Notes: generated by a model from the sequence alone, not told the origin. A stretch of DNA of 57,341 bases from a virus (IMGVR_UViG_3300022745_000040:1-57341); one strand, 5' to 3'; counted from the stretch's first letter, positions 37,279 through 46,224 are shown. Translations and numbers: made by a program.

Positions 37279-37488
37279 TTAAAAACGCTCCGATTTTGTA
37301 ATTTTGTCGAACCCGCCGCTAGATTCTTCGGCTAATTCGATAATTACAGTGTCTCCAGCCAGGTTTTTAAACTGCAGCACCGCACGCTCAATTCCGGCAA
37401 TGTTTACGAGTTTTAAAGACACTGTGGGCGCATGAGCTTTTTTAATGTAGTCCAGCGCCTTTTCTAAGCTTTTAGTTTCTAATTTCAT
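37279..37488 (-). CDS. Hypothetical protein
   Basis: 69 aa with ATGA overlap. Confidence 0.6.
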   Translation of the reverse strand: MKLETKSLEKALDYIKKAHAPTVSLKLVNIAGIERAVLQFKNLAGDTVIIELAEESSGGFDKITKSERF

Positions 37489-37772
37489 GATTCAAACCTG
37501 CGTCTTTCTTCTTTATTTTGGTAGTGTTCTTCGGCAATTTCGTCAAGATTGTCAGCAATATGCTCTTCAATAACTTGCTTAATTTCTTCCGAAAAATTTA
37601 CAAACGTGTTGTAATCCAGCAATGCCAAGTTTACGCGCTGCAAATTTTGGTCAATAACGTACCAGCGGCAGACTTCAACTTCTTCTAGCTTCTCATTATA
37701 AAACAAATCAGCGCAGATTGTATAGTTGGGTACGACTTCAGAATCTATTGAAACAAAATTTCCGTTTTTCAT
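37485..37772 (-). CDS. Hypothetical acidic protein
   Basis: 95 aa with AGGAGG RBS. Confidence 0.65.
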   Translation of the reverse strand: MKNGNFVSIDSEVVPNYTICADLFYNEKLEEVEVCRWYVIDQNLQRVNLALLDYNTFVNFSEEIKQVIEEHIADNLDEIAEEHYQNKEERRRFES

Positions 37773-38371
37773 TTGGCCTCCTGCTTAGATACTGATGCAG
37801 TATTTGTGCCAACTGCAAGTGCGTTTAATTTGAGTTCAGTCAATAATTTTGTAAAACTTTTAGCAAGTGTATCTGAAGTTTGCCACTTTTCCGACATTGT
37901 CAGCAAGTAGTCCTTTGGTGCAGCTTCTAAAAACGCTTCTAATTGAAACACTAGCAGCTTTGCGGCAAATAAGTGCGTAATGTCTTGCTTTGATACGTAG
38001 TCGGTGACTTTAAAAGGCAATTTGGTATCCATAAGCACGTGAATTACTTTAAGCATGGGCATGTAGCGGCGCGTTAATGGGCTGTATATTAAACGCGATT
38101 TTGGGTAGTATGTAAGCTCAAGCGTTTCGGTATTGGGCTTTTTTTTCTTATGCACGTAGCCTTTGGCTGCAGACTTCTGTGCCGATTTGAGAGTATGCTT
38201 GTAATCGCGGATAATTCTTTTAGACAACCACGGATTTTCCTGTCTAATTTTTTTACGAAAATGTGGTGTTGAATTTCGATACAGCTCAATAATTGCTTGT
38301 CGTTTAAGCTCTTCTTGCCTTTTGCTGTAGTCTGAATATTTTTCGTGGCCTGGTAATAATACGTCGCTCAT
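37769..38371 (-). CDS. Protein with PhaR-like (PHB_acc_N) DNA-binding domain
   Basis: YYPKSRLIYSPLTRRYM....I......F.V.D..S.QDIT matches the PhaR N-terminal pattern Y.NR.LY....S.Y......F.V.D..T..D[LI]T. Confidence 0.55.
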   Translation of the reverse strand: MSDVLLPGHEKYSDYSKRQEELKRQAIIELYRNSTPHFRKKIRQENPWLSKRIIRDYKHTLKSAQKSAAKGYVHKKKKPNTETLELTYYPKSRLIYSPLTRRYMPMLKVIHVLMDTKLPFKVTDYVSKQDITHLFAAKLLVFQLEAFLEAAPKDYLLTMSEKWQTSDTLAKSFTKLLTELKLNALAVGTNTASVSKQEAK

Positions 38372-38485
38372 AGAACCCTCGCTTAGTATGTGGGCCGTCC
38401 GTGGCCCCGGTTCTGCTGTTTACGCCCGCAGTCTCGTTTTGGGCGGCCTCTCGTCGTATTCGCAATTGTATGCCGCTTGTTTATT

Positions 38486-38514
38486 ACTATAGCGCTGTTT
38501 TAAAGCTTTGTCAA
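38486..38514 (-). promoter_or_regulatory. sigma70 promoter
   Basis: TTGACA-N17-TATAGT in an intergenic gap. Confidence 0.8.
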
Positions 38515-38520
38515 CAAAAA

Positions 38521-38838
38521 TTATTGCAGCTGGTCCATTAATATAGCTACCAAATCTTTTCCGTCGGTTGTTTTTGCCAGCATAATTGGCGTGTCTTCAT
38601 ATTGAGACAGAATTTTTAACAGCGCTTTTTTTGAACGCGGTAGTTCAATTTCTGTAGTCTTGTTCCACTTTTTTACAAGTTGTCTTTCGCAAAACGCAAT
38701 CATGCGGTTCATTTTAAGCATGTCTAGCTTTGCCCTTTCAGCGCATTTGTCATACATTGCTTTGAACTCGCAGTCATAGTTTTCGCGGTCTTCCAGAGCA
38801 ACCGGGCTGCCACTTTGACGAAAAATTTTTAATTTCAT
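38521..38838 (-). CDS. Hypothetical protein
   Basis: 105 aa with AGGAG RBS. Confidence 0.65.
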   Translation of the reverse strand: MKLKIFRQSGSPVALEDRENYDCEFKAMYDKCAERAKLDMLKMNRMIAFCERQLVKKWNKTTEIELPRSKKALLKILSQYEDTPIMLAKTTDGKDLVAILMDQLQ

Positions 38839-38969
38839 TTATCTAACTCCTGCGTTTCAAATGTTTGTGAATAGTGTTCGAATCTTATTTTAAACTTTGG
38901 TCTATACTGCCATTCGGTATATTTTCTGAAGCCTAGTTTGTATTTTATTTTATTTATAAACTTTAACAT

Positions 38970-39368
38970 TTAAAACTCCATTCCTACTACTAAGCCAACA
39001 GTTTGTTTAGTGTCTACAGTTATACCAGCGTGAACAGGCCCAAGCATTCTACGCTCTATTGTCAACGCGTAAATATCTGGTCCGGTCAGCGACTCACGTT
39101 TTAAGGCCGCAGACACGTGCCACTGCGGAACAGCTGTAGCAACGCTGCTGGCCTTATCGGCTACAGATTGCGATTTGTCTGTGCTAGTGGTAATAGTTTC
39201 TTTAGTGCCATCGGGCCGCACAACTTCTTTCGTTACCGTTACCACGTCTCGTTTTACAACTTCTTTCTCAACTACTTTTGTCTCTGTACGCGGAAACTGA
39301 GACTTGCCGAGCCACAAGCCGAGTACAAGCGCTGCTAGTACAGATATTGCAAATATTTTAATATTCAT
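38970..39368 (-). CDS. Membrane-anchored protein (spanin/Rz-like?)
   Basis: N-terminal TM helix, Val/Thr/Lys-rich stalk, beta-strand C-terminus ending in Phe. Confidence 0.5.
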   Translation of the reverse strand: MNIKIFAISVLAALVLGLWLGKSQFPRTETKVVEKEVVKRDVVTVTKEVVRPDGTKETITTSTDKSQSVADKASSVATAVPQWHVSAALKRESLTGPDIYALTIERRMLGPVHAGITVDTKQTVGLVVGMEF

Positions 39369-39592
39369 TTTTTCTCCTTTTTGTCTATTTTACGCTTTTT
39401 TGGGTCAAATGGCAAGATTTTTGTGTCATACATTGGCTTTTTTGTTGCAAATTTTAGCGGCGTTGCTACGGCTACCAATTGTATTCGCGGTTTTGGGTAT
39501 TTGGGCGAGAGCAGTATGGTTAGAAAGTAGGCAATGGCTACAGTGTTAATAATTACGAGCGTAAGCATTACAATGTCGATAGTGTCTAGCAT
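39365..39592 (-). CDS. Small membrane protein
   Basis: MLDTIDIVMLTLVIINTVAIAYFLTILL; start overlaps the polymerase stop codon. Confidence 0.6.
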   Translation of the reverse strand: MLDTIDIVMLTLVIINTVAIAYFLTILLSPKYPKPRIQLVAVATPLKFATKKPMYDTKILPFDPKKRKIDKKEKK

Positions 39593-41850
39593 TATTTGGA
39601 CTCCAAAAAGTTTTTTCCGTGTGAAGGCGGCGCTGGTAAGGCTACTGAAATTGGGTAAGCGGTTTCCATGCAGCGTCCTAGAATTTCCATGCAGCGTTCT
39701 AATTCTGTGTCTGGACAATGTACGGTAATTTGGTCATGGATTACGTTGCAAACGTACCCTTTAAGTCCAGCAGCTTTTAACTCTGCTGCTGTTTTAATTG
39801 CTGCCCTATTCGTAATAGATGCTGCCAAACCTTGAATTTGAATGTTAGCGGCATTATTTAGGTAGTTTTTAGCTGTTTTAGATAAAGATTTAACGTATTT
39901 ATAAATTTCAGGAGCATCGTGATACTGTTTCCAACACTCAAGCCCATCGTAAAGTGCTTTTCCGTATTTGGCGTTCCATGCCACAAGATTTGGAAATCTA
40001 CGGACGCGGCCTGCTTGGGTTCTGATAAAGCCTTTTTGCAACGCGGTTTGAATTGACGCATCTAGCCATTTTTTTAAATTTGGGAACGCTCTGAAGTAAT
40101 TGTCGTATATCTGCTGTGCCACTTCTTCGGAACAATTTAGTTCAAATTTTAGCTTATATGGGCTCATGTTAAACGCAAGACCTAGGGCATAAGCTTTTGC
40201 ACGCTGCCTGGCAGCTTTATTTACTTTACCTAAATAGTTATCGGCTTTTTTATTAGCGCTATAGCCCTCCAAACCCTCTGCCATTATGCAAATAGCGCTG
40301 TAAAAATCGTTGCCTTCCGCAAAAATGTTTTTAATTGCTTGCTCTTCAGATACGTGGGCAAAAACTTTAACTTCTTGCGAATCGTAGTCAAAGTCAGCAA
40401 ATGACCAGTCTGGTGCAGAAACAAAAAACGCTCTAATCTGGTTATTATAGTGTCTGATAAGCTCATTTGGTTCTTCTTCTGCTCCAAGCGGTCTTGGAAG
40501 TTGCTGCGTGTCTCCAGAGTACCTGCCGCTGACTGTGCGGTGTTGGTGAAATTGGGGGTAAAAGATGCCATCTTCTTGCGATTCTAGTAATCGGTCGATG
40601 TATGTCGATTTAATTTTATTAAGCCGGTTAAACGTGCGGAGCTTATCGGCCCAGCTGTACTTGGCTGCCATTAGCTCTAGAAACTCGTCGTCAACCTGCG
40701 GGCTTCCTTTGTCTGTAGTGGACAGCGGTTTTTCGTTAAGCAACGATTTGGTATTGCCGTAGCCGAAGAACAAGCGTTTTAGGTGGTCCTTAGACAGCAG
40801 GTTAAACGCGTGCGAGCCTGTTTCTTCCCTAAAAAGCTGCATTTGCAGTTCCTGCTGCAGCGTTTCTGGCACGCGGTCTAGCTTAGTCACTGCGTATCGC
40901 TCTAAGACCGTGTCTGCTGGCACTAAGCCTTTCTTAACGGCTTTAGCTACTTCAGCCTTGCTAAAGCTGTAGCCGCCGGTGTCTGTGCGTGGCCAGCCTG
41001 CAGGCGCTAATCGCTCTGCCAGTTTATTGAAAAATTTTGAAGATGCTTGAAAGGGAAATTTCGTTTCTACGTACCATTTGTTAAAAGGAACTAGTAGCGG
41101 TGCTATTTCGGCTTGAATTTCTGCCTCAATGCGGAGAATGTCAGCGCTAATTTCAGCAGACGCTTGTTGCAGCTTGGGCACGTTTACTGGAACGCCTCTG
41201 TACTGCATAGGTATAGTTACAGATTTATAAAGCGGTATTACTTCTTGTGTATAATAAAAGTCTCTTAGGTTTTCTTTGTCTAATTGTCTATCTAAATCTT
41301 TCCAAATTTTATAAGTTAAAATGGCGTCTTGGATACCGTATTTTGCCATTAAAGTGCTGTCAGCTTTGTAGTACTCATTTTTGGTTCCGCCATTAGTTTT
41401 GATAGATTCAAGCATGTCTTGTTGTGCGGATACTGCGCTATCGCCGTACATTTCTTTTGCTATTGATTTTAAACCGTATTCGTAGCGGTTTTCGTTTAGA
41501 GTGTGGGCCAGAAGCATTCCGTCCGCATGTATGGAATTTATTAAATTTATGCCTGTTTGGTGTAGTGTAAATCGAGTGTCAAAGTCTCCATTCCAAGTTA
41601 TAAGGCGTTTGGGTTTTAGTGCAGACAATAGCGGTTCAACTTCTTTTTCTGATAGTCTTGTGACTAATTCTCCGTTTAACCATTCTCTCATTATAATATA
41701 TGCGGAAATTTTATCGTTTGCTATTGAAAACCCTATCATCTTTCCTTTTCTTGGGTTTAAAGAATTTGTCTCAATATCATAAGCTAAATATAGGTGGTTT
41801 TTTAACTGTTTTACGAGCGCCTCTAATTCGGTAGTATTTCTTATAATCAT
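39592..41850 (-). CDS. polA: Family A DNA polymerase with 3'-5' exonuclease
   Basis: Exo YDIET, WN..FD, Y...DA; polymerase HRTVSGR.S, DYDSQE, R..AK, N..IQG, IHDQ. Confidence 0.93.
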   Translation of the reverse strand: MIIRNTTELEALVKQLKNHLYLAYDIETNSLNPRKGKMIGFSIANDKISAYIIMREWLNGELVTRLSEKEVEPLLSALKPKRLITWNGDFDTRFTLHQTGINLINSIHADGMLLAHTLNENRYEYGLKSIAKEMYGDSAVSAQQDMLESIKTNGGTKNEYYKADSTLMAKYGIQDAILTYKIWKDLDRQLDKENLRDFYYTQEVIPLYKSVTIPMQYRGVPVNVPKLQQASAEISADILRIEAEIQAEIAPLLVPFNKWYVETKFPFQASSKFFNKLAERLAPAGWPRTDTGGYSFSKAEVAKAVKKGLVPADTVLERYAVTKLDRVPETLQQELQMQLFREETGSHAFNLLSKDHLKRLFFGYGNTKSLLNEKPLSTTDKGSPQVDDEFLELMAAKYSWADKLRTFNRLNKIKSTYIDRLLESQEDGIFYPQFHQHRTVSGRYSGDTQQLPRPLGAEEEPNELIRHYNNQIRAFFVSAPDWSFADFDYDSQEVKVFAHVSEEQAIKNIFAEGNDFYSAICIMAEGLEGYSANKKADNYLGKVNKAARQRAKAYALGLAFNMSPYKLKFELNCSEEVAQQIYDNYFRAFPNLKKWLDASIQTALQKGFIRTQAGRVRRFPNLVAWNAKYGKALYDGLECWKQYHDAPEIYKYVKSLSKTAKNYLNNAANIQIQGLAASITNRAAIKTAAELKAAGLKGYVCNVIHDQITVHCPDTELERCMEILGRCMETAYPISVALPAPPSHGKNFLESK

Positions 41851-41851
41851 T

Positions 41852-42487
41852 TTACATTTCCTTAATGACATCTAGCATTTTTTGAAGGTGTTCTTTTAAA
41901 AATGAAATATTATATTTGTTTTTTATTTTATTGCATATTGTACAACAGGGAACAACGTTTTGCTCGGTATATCCTTCAACTGGACAAATTCTATCTAAAC
42001 CATATCCTACTTCCGGCAATATATTTTTACAATAATGACAATTTTTGGATATTATCTCTGTCCACGCGCCAAATGATATTGGAGTGCTTTTAAAACCTTT
42101 TCTGTGTTTATTTATCATTACCGCATATCTATATTCTGATTTTCTTGCTCTAATTTTTCTTTCTATCTGTATTTTTTCTTTGTGTTTATTTCTATATTTT
42201 TTAGCTTTTTCGTTTACTTTTTCTCTATTTTTTTCGGCCCAAATTCTTGAGCGCTTGTTTACTTCTTTTTTGTTTTCTTGATAGTATTTTTTGCTTCTGT
42301 ATTGTCTTTTTTCTTTGTTATTTTGTTCGTAGATTTTACAGCAATTTTTACAAACTGTAAGGTGGCCACCTTTACATTTTTTATTTTTTGAAAAATTTTG
42401 TATGTCTTGTTCTACTTTGCACTTGCTGCAAGTTTTAAGCTTCGGCCCTGTTAAAATCACGGAACCATTTGTATTGCTCACTATCAT
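41852..42487 (-). CDS. HNH endonuclease with zinc finger
   Basis: CSKC...CKNC, CHYC...GLDR....GY...NVVPCC..CN..K; very AT-rich. Confidence 0.82.
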   Translation of the reverse strand: MIVSNTNGSVILTGPKLKTCSKCKVEQDIQNFSKNKKCKGGHLTVCKNCCKIYEQNNKEKRQYRSKKYYQENKKEVNKRSRIWAEKNREKVNEKAKKYRNKHKEKIQIERKIRARKSEYRYAVMINKHRKGFKSTPISFGAWTEIISKNCHYCKNILPEVGYGLDRICPVEGYTEQNVVPCCTICNKIKNKYNISFLKEHLQKMLDVIKEM

Positions 42488-42962
42488 ATTTCACTCCTAT
42501 GTCGCTTAGCTCTAGCATTAAATCAGTTACTAAGTCCCTATGCACCTTAAGACCGCGTGTTGTGTATCCTTTGTTGCCTACAGACGTTAGGGTAAGGTTT
42601 CTACTATCATGCAGCAATTCAAGGCGTTCTGCAAGCGCTTTTGTGTCGAAGGCATAAACTACTGCATTTGGTGAAAAACAATATAAAAAGTATTTGCAGC
42701 CGTGTTCGAGCGCCTGAAATGCACCGCCTGGCCTGTTCCCGCTGCGGTAGACTTCGAAGAAAAAGTTTTCAGTTTTATCCATGTCGTACATGTCTGTTTT
42801 TAGCTCTAGTTTAATTTTAGTTCCTGTAACAACAAAATCGCCTTCTCTGCCATCAGTCGGCGTTACAGAACCCGCAGTCGCATGTAAGAACGCGAGTTCG
42901 CCGATGCGGCCCCGAGCTAGGTCTGTTTTGAAGTCTGCATTTATCGTTTTGCGCCATTTCAT
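42435..42962 (-). CDS. PD-(D/E)XK nuclease-like protein
   Basis: G..GE, GDF.......ELKTD, N.FFE motifs; start placed at MKWRK after GAGG. Confidence 0.6.
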   Translation of the reverse strand: MKWRKTINADFKTDLARGRIGELAFLHATAGSVTPTDGREGDFVVTGTKIKLELKTDMYDMDKTENFFFEVYRSGNRPGGAFQALEHGCKYFLYCFSPNAVVYAFDTKALAERLELLHDSRNLTLTSVGNKGYTTRGLKVHRDLVTDLMLELSDIGVKYDSEQYKWFRDFNRAEA

Positions 42963-42969
42963 AATTACC

Positions 42970-43419
42970 TCATTTGTCAAATTTTGAGTCGTAGCGGCCA
43001 TCCCAGATACTAGGTGCAATTGGCAGGGCTGCTGAAGGTACGTAAATTCTTTTTTTAGATTTTGGTGGCAGATTTTGAAAATGTGTCCACGAAGGACTCC
43101 AGCGTTTGTCTTCCATGTATAAACCTAAATCGGCCATTAGCTGCAAGTTCTGCACTACCCACTTCCACAGCTCGCCGTCAGCGTCTGCAATGTCCGCAGC
43201 GTGACCAGTCATGTGATTACTGTTGGGTGCAGCATTTTTGGTAGACGCGTTTACTGCTGGCGGTCTCCAGCCTGATGCGACTTTCATTGGTTTACCATAA
43301 GCTTCACGCACTTTGTTCAGTTTCAAAAGCAGTTCGTCTAAGTTATCAGAAATTTGTTGGGTGTAGTCCTGTGGAAAAAGCTTGTCACGGCCCATTAGCA
43401 ATTCGTCTTTAGTTATCAC
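42970..43419 (-). CDS. Peptidase M15 family (D-Ala-D-Ala carboxypeptidase / endolysin-like)
   Basis: SGWR...N......NSNHMTGHAADI...WTH zinc motifs. Confidence 0.85.
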   Translation of the reverse strand: MITKDELLMGRDKLFPQDYTQQISDNLDELLLKLNKVREAYGKPMKVASGWRPPAVNASTKNAAPNSNHMTGHAADIADADGELWKWVVQNLQLMADLGLYMEDKRWSPSWTHFQNLPPKSKKRIYVPSAALPIAPSIWDGRYDSKFDK

Positions 43420-43660
43420 TTTTTTCGCTCCTTCTATATTCTTTCCAAATACATTGCCTAACGCGTTCTCGGGTTACTACCGCTTTGGTAGCTATGTCTT
43501 CTATAGAAGCGCCGGCTAACCATTCTGCCGCAAACTGCTGCGACCGTAGCTTCATGGGTTTTCCTGTGTATATGCTGTTATATGGCGTTATTGTGAAGCG
43601 CGGAGGTAGGTCCGGCGTTCCAGTTATTTTCCACCAAAGTCTTCTTAATTTTTTAAGCAT
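43409..43660 (-). CDS. Small protein with sigma70 region-4-like HTH
   Basis: SIEDIA....VTRERVRQ. Confidence 0.65.
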   Translation of the reverse strand: MLKKLRRLWWKITGTPDLPPRFTITPYNSIYTGKPMKLRSQQFAAEWLAGASIEDIATKAVVTRERVRQCIWKEYRRSEKSDN

Positions 43661-43858
43661 TGGGCGTTCCTTAGTAAAGAAAGAACTTACTGCGACGGTT
43701 TAATCCGCAGTCTTACGGCGATGAACAAACGCCTGCCAACCCTGGTTCGCTCAAGTTCTTAGGTATTGAAAAAAAGCCCTGACCACAGTAGGAGAAGACT
43801 GAGGCCAGAGCGATAAAGCGTCCGTGCTTATATGCAGCGTCCTGCTGCGGTTACTAAA

Positions 43859-44290
43859 TTATTCTGCGTCTTCAGCGAGTTGAACGTCGAAATTGTGTGC
43901 CAATTTTCCGGCCATGCGCCCCTTTTTAATCTTCGCTTGTCCAAGATAAACGATACGTACTAGCGAGCCCAAGGACACATCAGACATGCGACTGCCCAAG
44001 TTTCCTGCTGCGTTAATAACGATTGTCTTGCCTGTTTTTTCGCCGTTGTCATCAACTTCTTCGATTTTGTAATCTCTTTTAGCATCGTCAAAGCGCGAAA
44101 CAAGTGCTTCGACGTATTCGCCTTGCACTGCTTGGCCTTCTGACATTTGATTCGCTCGTAAGAACGAAATGCTGCTGTCTGAAGCAGTTGTTGATTTGAA
44201 TGTTAATTTACCTGTTGTAGCTGTTTGTGCCATGATTGACTCCTTGGCTGGTTGTTGCTGCGTAATTGCAGTTTTTGTTTTTTTACTCAT
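43859..44290 (-). CDS. Putative single-stranded DNA-binding (OB-fold) protein
   Basis: G..V.G.Y...G..VRI.Y.G...H.F.V pattern with acidic end; a second in-frame start at 44233 also has an RBS. Confidence 0.5.
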   Translation of the reverse strand: MSKKTKTAITQQQPAKESIMAQTATTGKLTFKSTTASDSSISFLRANQMSEGQAVQGEYVEALVSRFDDAKRDYKIEEVDDNGEKTGKTIVINAAGNLGSRMSDVSLGSLVRIVYLGQAKIKKGRMAGKLAHNFDVQLAEDAE

Positions 44291-44519
44291 TTTGGTCTCC
44301 TTTAATTACTTTAAATATGTTTAGTCTTACCACATTTTCTCTATTTTGCACTTCTTTATACATCGTATCAAGGTTGTTACCCTTTGTCAACTGAATTTTT
44401 CGAAAATTATCGAGCGCGTTAACGCAATTAGTGGTCATGGGAACGCTGAGTCGCAAACACTGCTCAACCTCGTTAGCTAATGCAATTGCTGCGGCTTCCA
44501 TCGGGCTTATTTTTTCCAT
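44283..44519 (-). CDS. Hypothetical protein
   Basis: 78 aa in the operon. Confidence 0.6.
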   Translation of the reverse strand: MEKISPMEAAAIALANEVEQCLRLSVPMTTNCVNALDNFRKIQLTKGNNLDTMYKEVQNRENVVRLNIFKVIKGDQNE

Positions 44520-44731
44520 TTTACGGTTCCGCCTAGTTGGTTCACTAAAAAGTTTACAGCGGTCCTGGCTTGTTCAATGGATACAAAATCTTCACCAAAA
44601 GAAACTTCGCTGCCAACGACTTCTAGTGTTAGGCCGCGACTGCCTTCAGTTGGAAAAACGCGCTTAACTTCCCACGGTACTTCGTCTACTTTTAACTTCT
44701 GCACTTCATTAAATGCTTCAATTAGTTTCAT
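44507..44731 (-). CDS. Hypothetical protein
   Basis: 74 aa with GGAGG RBS. Confidence 0.6.
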   Translation of the reverse strand: MKLIEAFNEVQKLKVDEVPWEVKRVFPTEGSRGLTLEVVGSEVSFGEDFVSIEQARTAVNFLVNQLGGTVKWKK

Positions 44732-45057
44732 GATTCCTCCGTTTCTTTGCCCATTCTGTTGTCTGTTCCTGTGTTAGTCGCCTGAAAGTGTAGCAGCATC
44801 ATTAAGCAACAAGCGGCGTGTGCCAGGTGCGAGTAGCCGCTTTCGGGGTCCAGGTCTTCACCACGTAGCCACGCAGTAATATGTCGCAAAGCTGCGGCAG
44901 CTGGTCTGCGCCACAAAAAACCTTTTGACCAATTGAAAGCCTGATATTTGCGTTGCCCAAAGCTCCACACTTTTGCGATTTCTTCCAGCGCTATTGGCGG
45001 GTGCAGGCTGTGGTCCGGCTTCCCGTCGTCATACTTAATGCCTCCATTAGCAGTCAT
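44728..45057 (-). CDS. dATP/dGTP diphosphohydrolase domain protein (DUF5664-like)
   Basis: G.KYD.GK, FG..KY...NW.KG, A.LRH..AW..GED.DPESG..HLAHA.C. Confidence 0.85.
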   Translation of the reverse strand: MTANGGIKYDDGKPDHSLHPPIALEEIAKVWSFGQRKYQAFNWSKGFLWRRPAAAALRHITAWLRGEDLDPESGYSHLAHAACCLMMLLHFQATNTGTDNRMGKETEES

Positions 45058-45244
45058 TTTGTCTCCTTAGTTGTTGAATTTTTTTAGCTACTGCAGCGCG
45101 TTCTTTTAGCACTTTTGTCAAGTTTAGCTTCAAAAACGCGTCGTCGTGGAAAGGGCTGTCGCCGTTATTAATTACAAGCATTAATTTATTGGCGGCGTTT
45201 TCCAATTCTTTAATCCGTTCTTGTAAAAGTTCAATCTCGTTCAT
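45047..45244 (-). CDS. Small coiled-coil protein
   Basis: 65 aa. Confidence 0.55.
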   Translation of the reverse strand: MNEIELLQERIKELENAANKLMLVINNGDSPFHDDAFLKLNLTKVLKERAAVAKKIQQLRRQNDC

Positions 45245-45262
45245 TAATCTTCCCTCTCGCGG

Positions 45263-46075
45263 CTACACTTCTTCTATAGCCGTATTAGCTTCTAGCTTAG
45301 CAGCTTTCATCGGCTCTGTCCAGTTGTTTGTGGCTTTCGCTTTCAAAAACTTCTGGCACGCGGTTTGCACTAGTCTTAAACCTGCGGCGGCAGTGGCCTC
45401 AGATGTTTTATAAACGCGGCATTCTTCTGGCTGTTGCTTACTTAAAACGATGTAGTAAAATGTAAAAGGCTTATTGTAGTAAGCTTCTGCCATTGCGCAG
45501 TATAGCGCTCCGCTGAGTGGGTAGCTTAAGTCTTTCATCGTTTGCTTAAAGCTGTCAGCGTCTGCAGAGTAGCCGGTAGTTTTAACGTCCAGTATTCGCC
45601 CGTTGGCGACATCTATCGCATCAAAGCGGACCTTGATGGGAACGCCGAATAATTCGCCAACAATAGTCTGCTCGCATTCAACGTTTTGCATGAGTTTGAC
45701 AGCAGCGGCGTTGCGACGGTAGGCGGCGACTAGTGTGTCTGCTTGAACCTTTTGCGGCATGGAAATAATTGGAAGGCTAGCGCGGTCTTCTGGTAGAAAA
45801 GCTACAAAAGACTCAAACTCTTTGCCGGCTTTACGAAAGCCTGAAAAGAAGTTGTAGCTGCTAGCAACCGTTTCTGGTTCTAAAATCAAACTATGAACTA
45901 AGGAGCCTACATCTAGCGCGTTGCGGTTACCAAAGGCCTTAGTCTCGCCGTCGATGTACTGCTTCTTATACTCGTCTAGCGATTTTAGCACGGTTTTCAG
46001 AACGCTACTGCTGAGATAGCTGCGGTCTGCATGATACTCAGCGTTGCTACAATGGTTTAGTCCGGGTTTTAACAT
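45263..46075 (-). CDS. RecE/exonuclease VIII-like PD-(D/E)XK nuclease (DUF3799-like)
   Basis: N.EYHA...LSSS.LK, GS.VH..ILEP, K.RFD, DVKTT, Y....A.Y. Confidence 0.82.
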   Translation of the reverse strand: MLKPGLNHCSNAEYHADRSYLSSSVLKTVLKSLDEYKKQYIDGETKAFGNRNALDVGSLVHSLILEPETVASSYNFFSGFRKAGKEFESFVAFLPEDRASLPIISMPQKVQADTLVAAYRRNAAAVKLMQNVECEQTIVGELFGVPIKVRFDAIDVANGRILDVKTTGYSADADSFKQTMKDLSYPLSGALYCAMAEAYYNKPFTFYYIVLSKQQPEECRVYKTSEATAAAGLRLVQTACQKFLKAKATNNWTEPMKAAKLEANTAIEEV

Positions 46076-46224
46076 GACTTTAATTCCTCAATGGTTTGTA
46101 GTCTGGTGACAAATTGGATAATAAAAACGCCAACGGCTGCAGCAATAATGTTTTGGTCTTGAACGGCCATACCTATAAGACTGCCCGCCGCTGCTCGAAT
46201 TAAGATGTATTGTAATTTTTTCAT
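46069..46224 (-). CDS. Small membrane protein (51 aa), absent from the ORF track
   Basis: MKKLQYILIRAAAGSLIGMAVQDQNIIAAAVGVFIIQFV..., AGGGGA RBS. Confidence 0.5.
   Translation of the reverse strand: MKKLQYILIRAAAGSLIGMAVQDQNIIAAAVGVFIIQFVTRLQTIEELKSC

Noticed and set aside
44728-45057. Z-genome or deazaguanine DNA-modification system suggested by the dATP/dGTP diphosphohydrolase
   Set aside because: No purZ, datZ, dpdA, folE or queC/D/E-like genes were recognised, and this domain is common in phages without known modification
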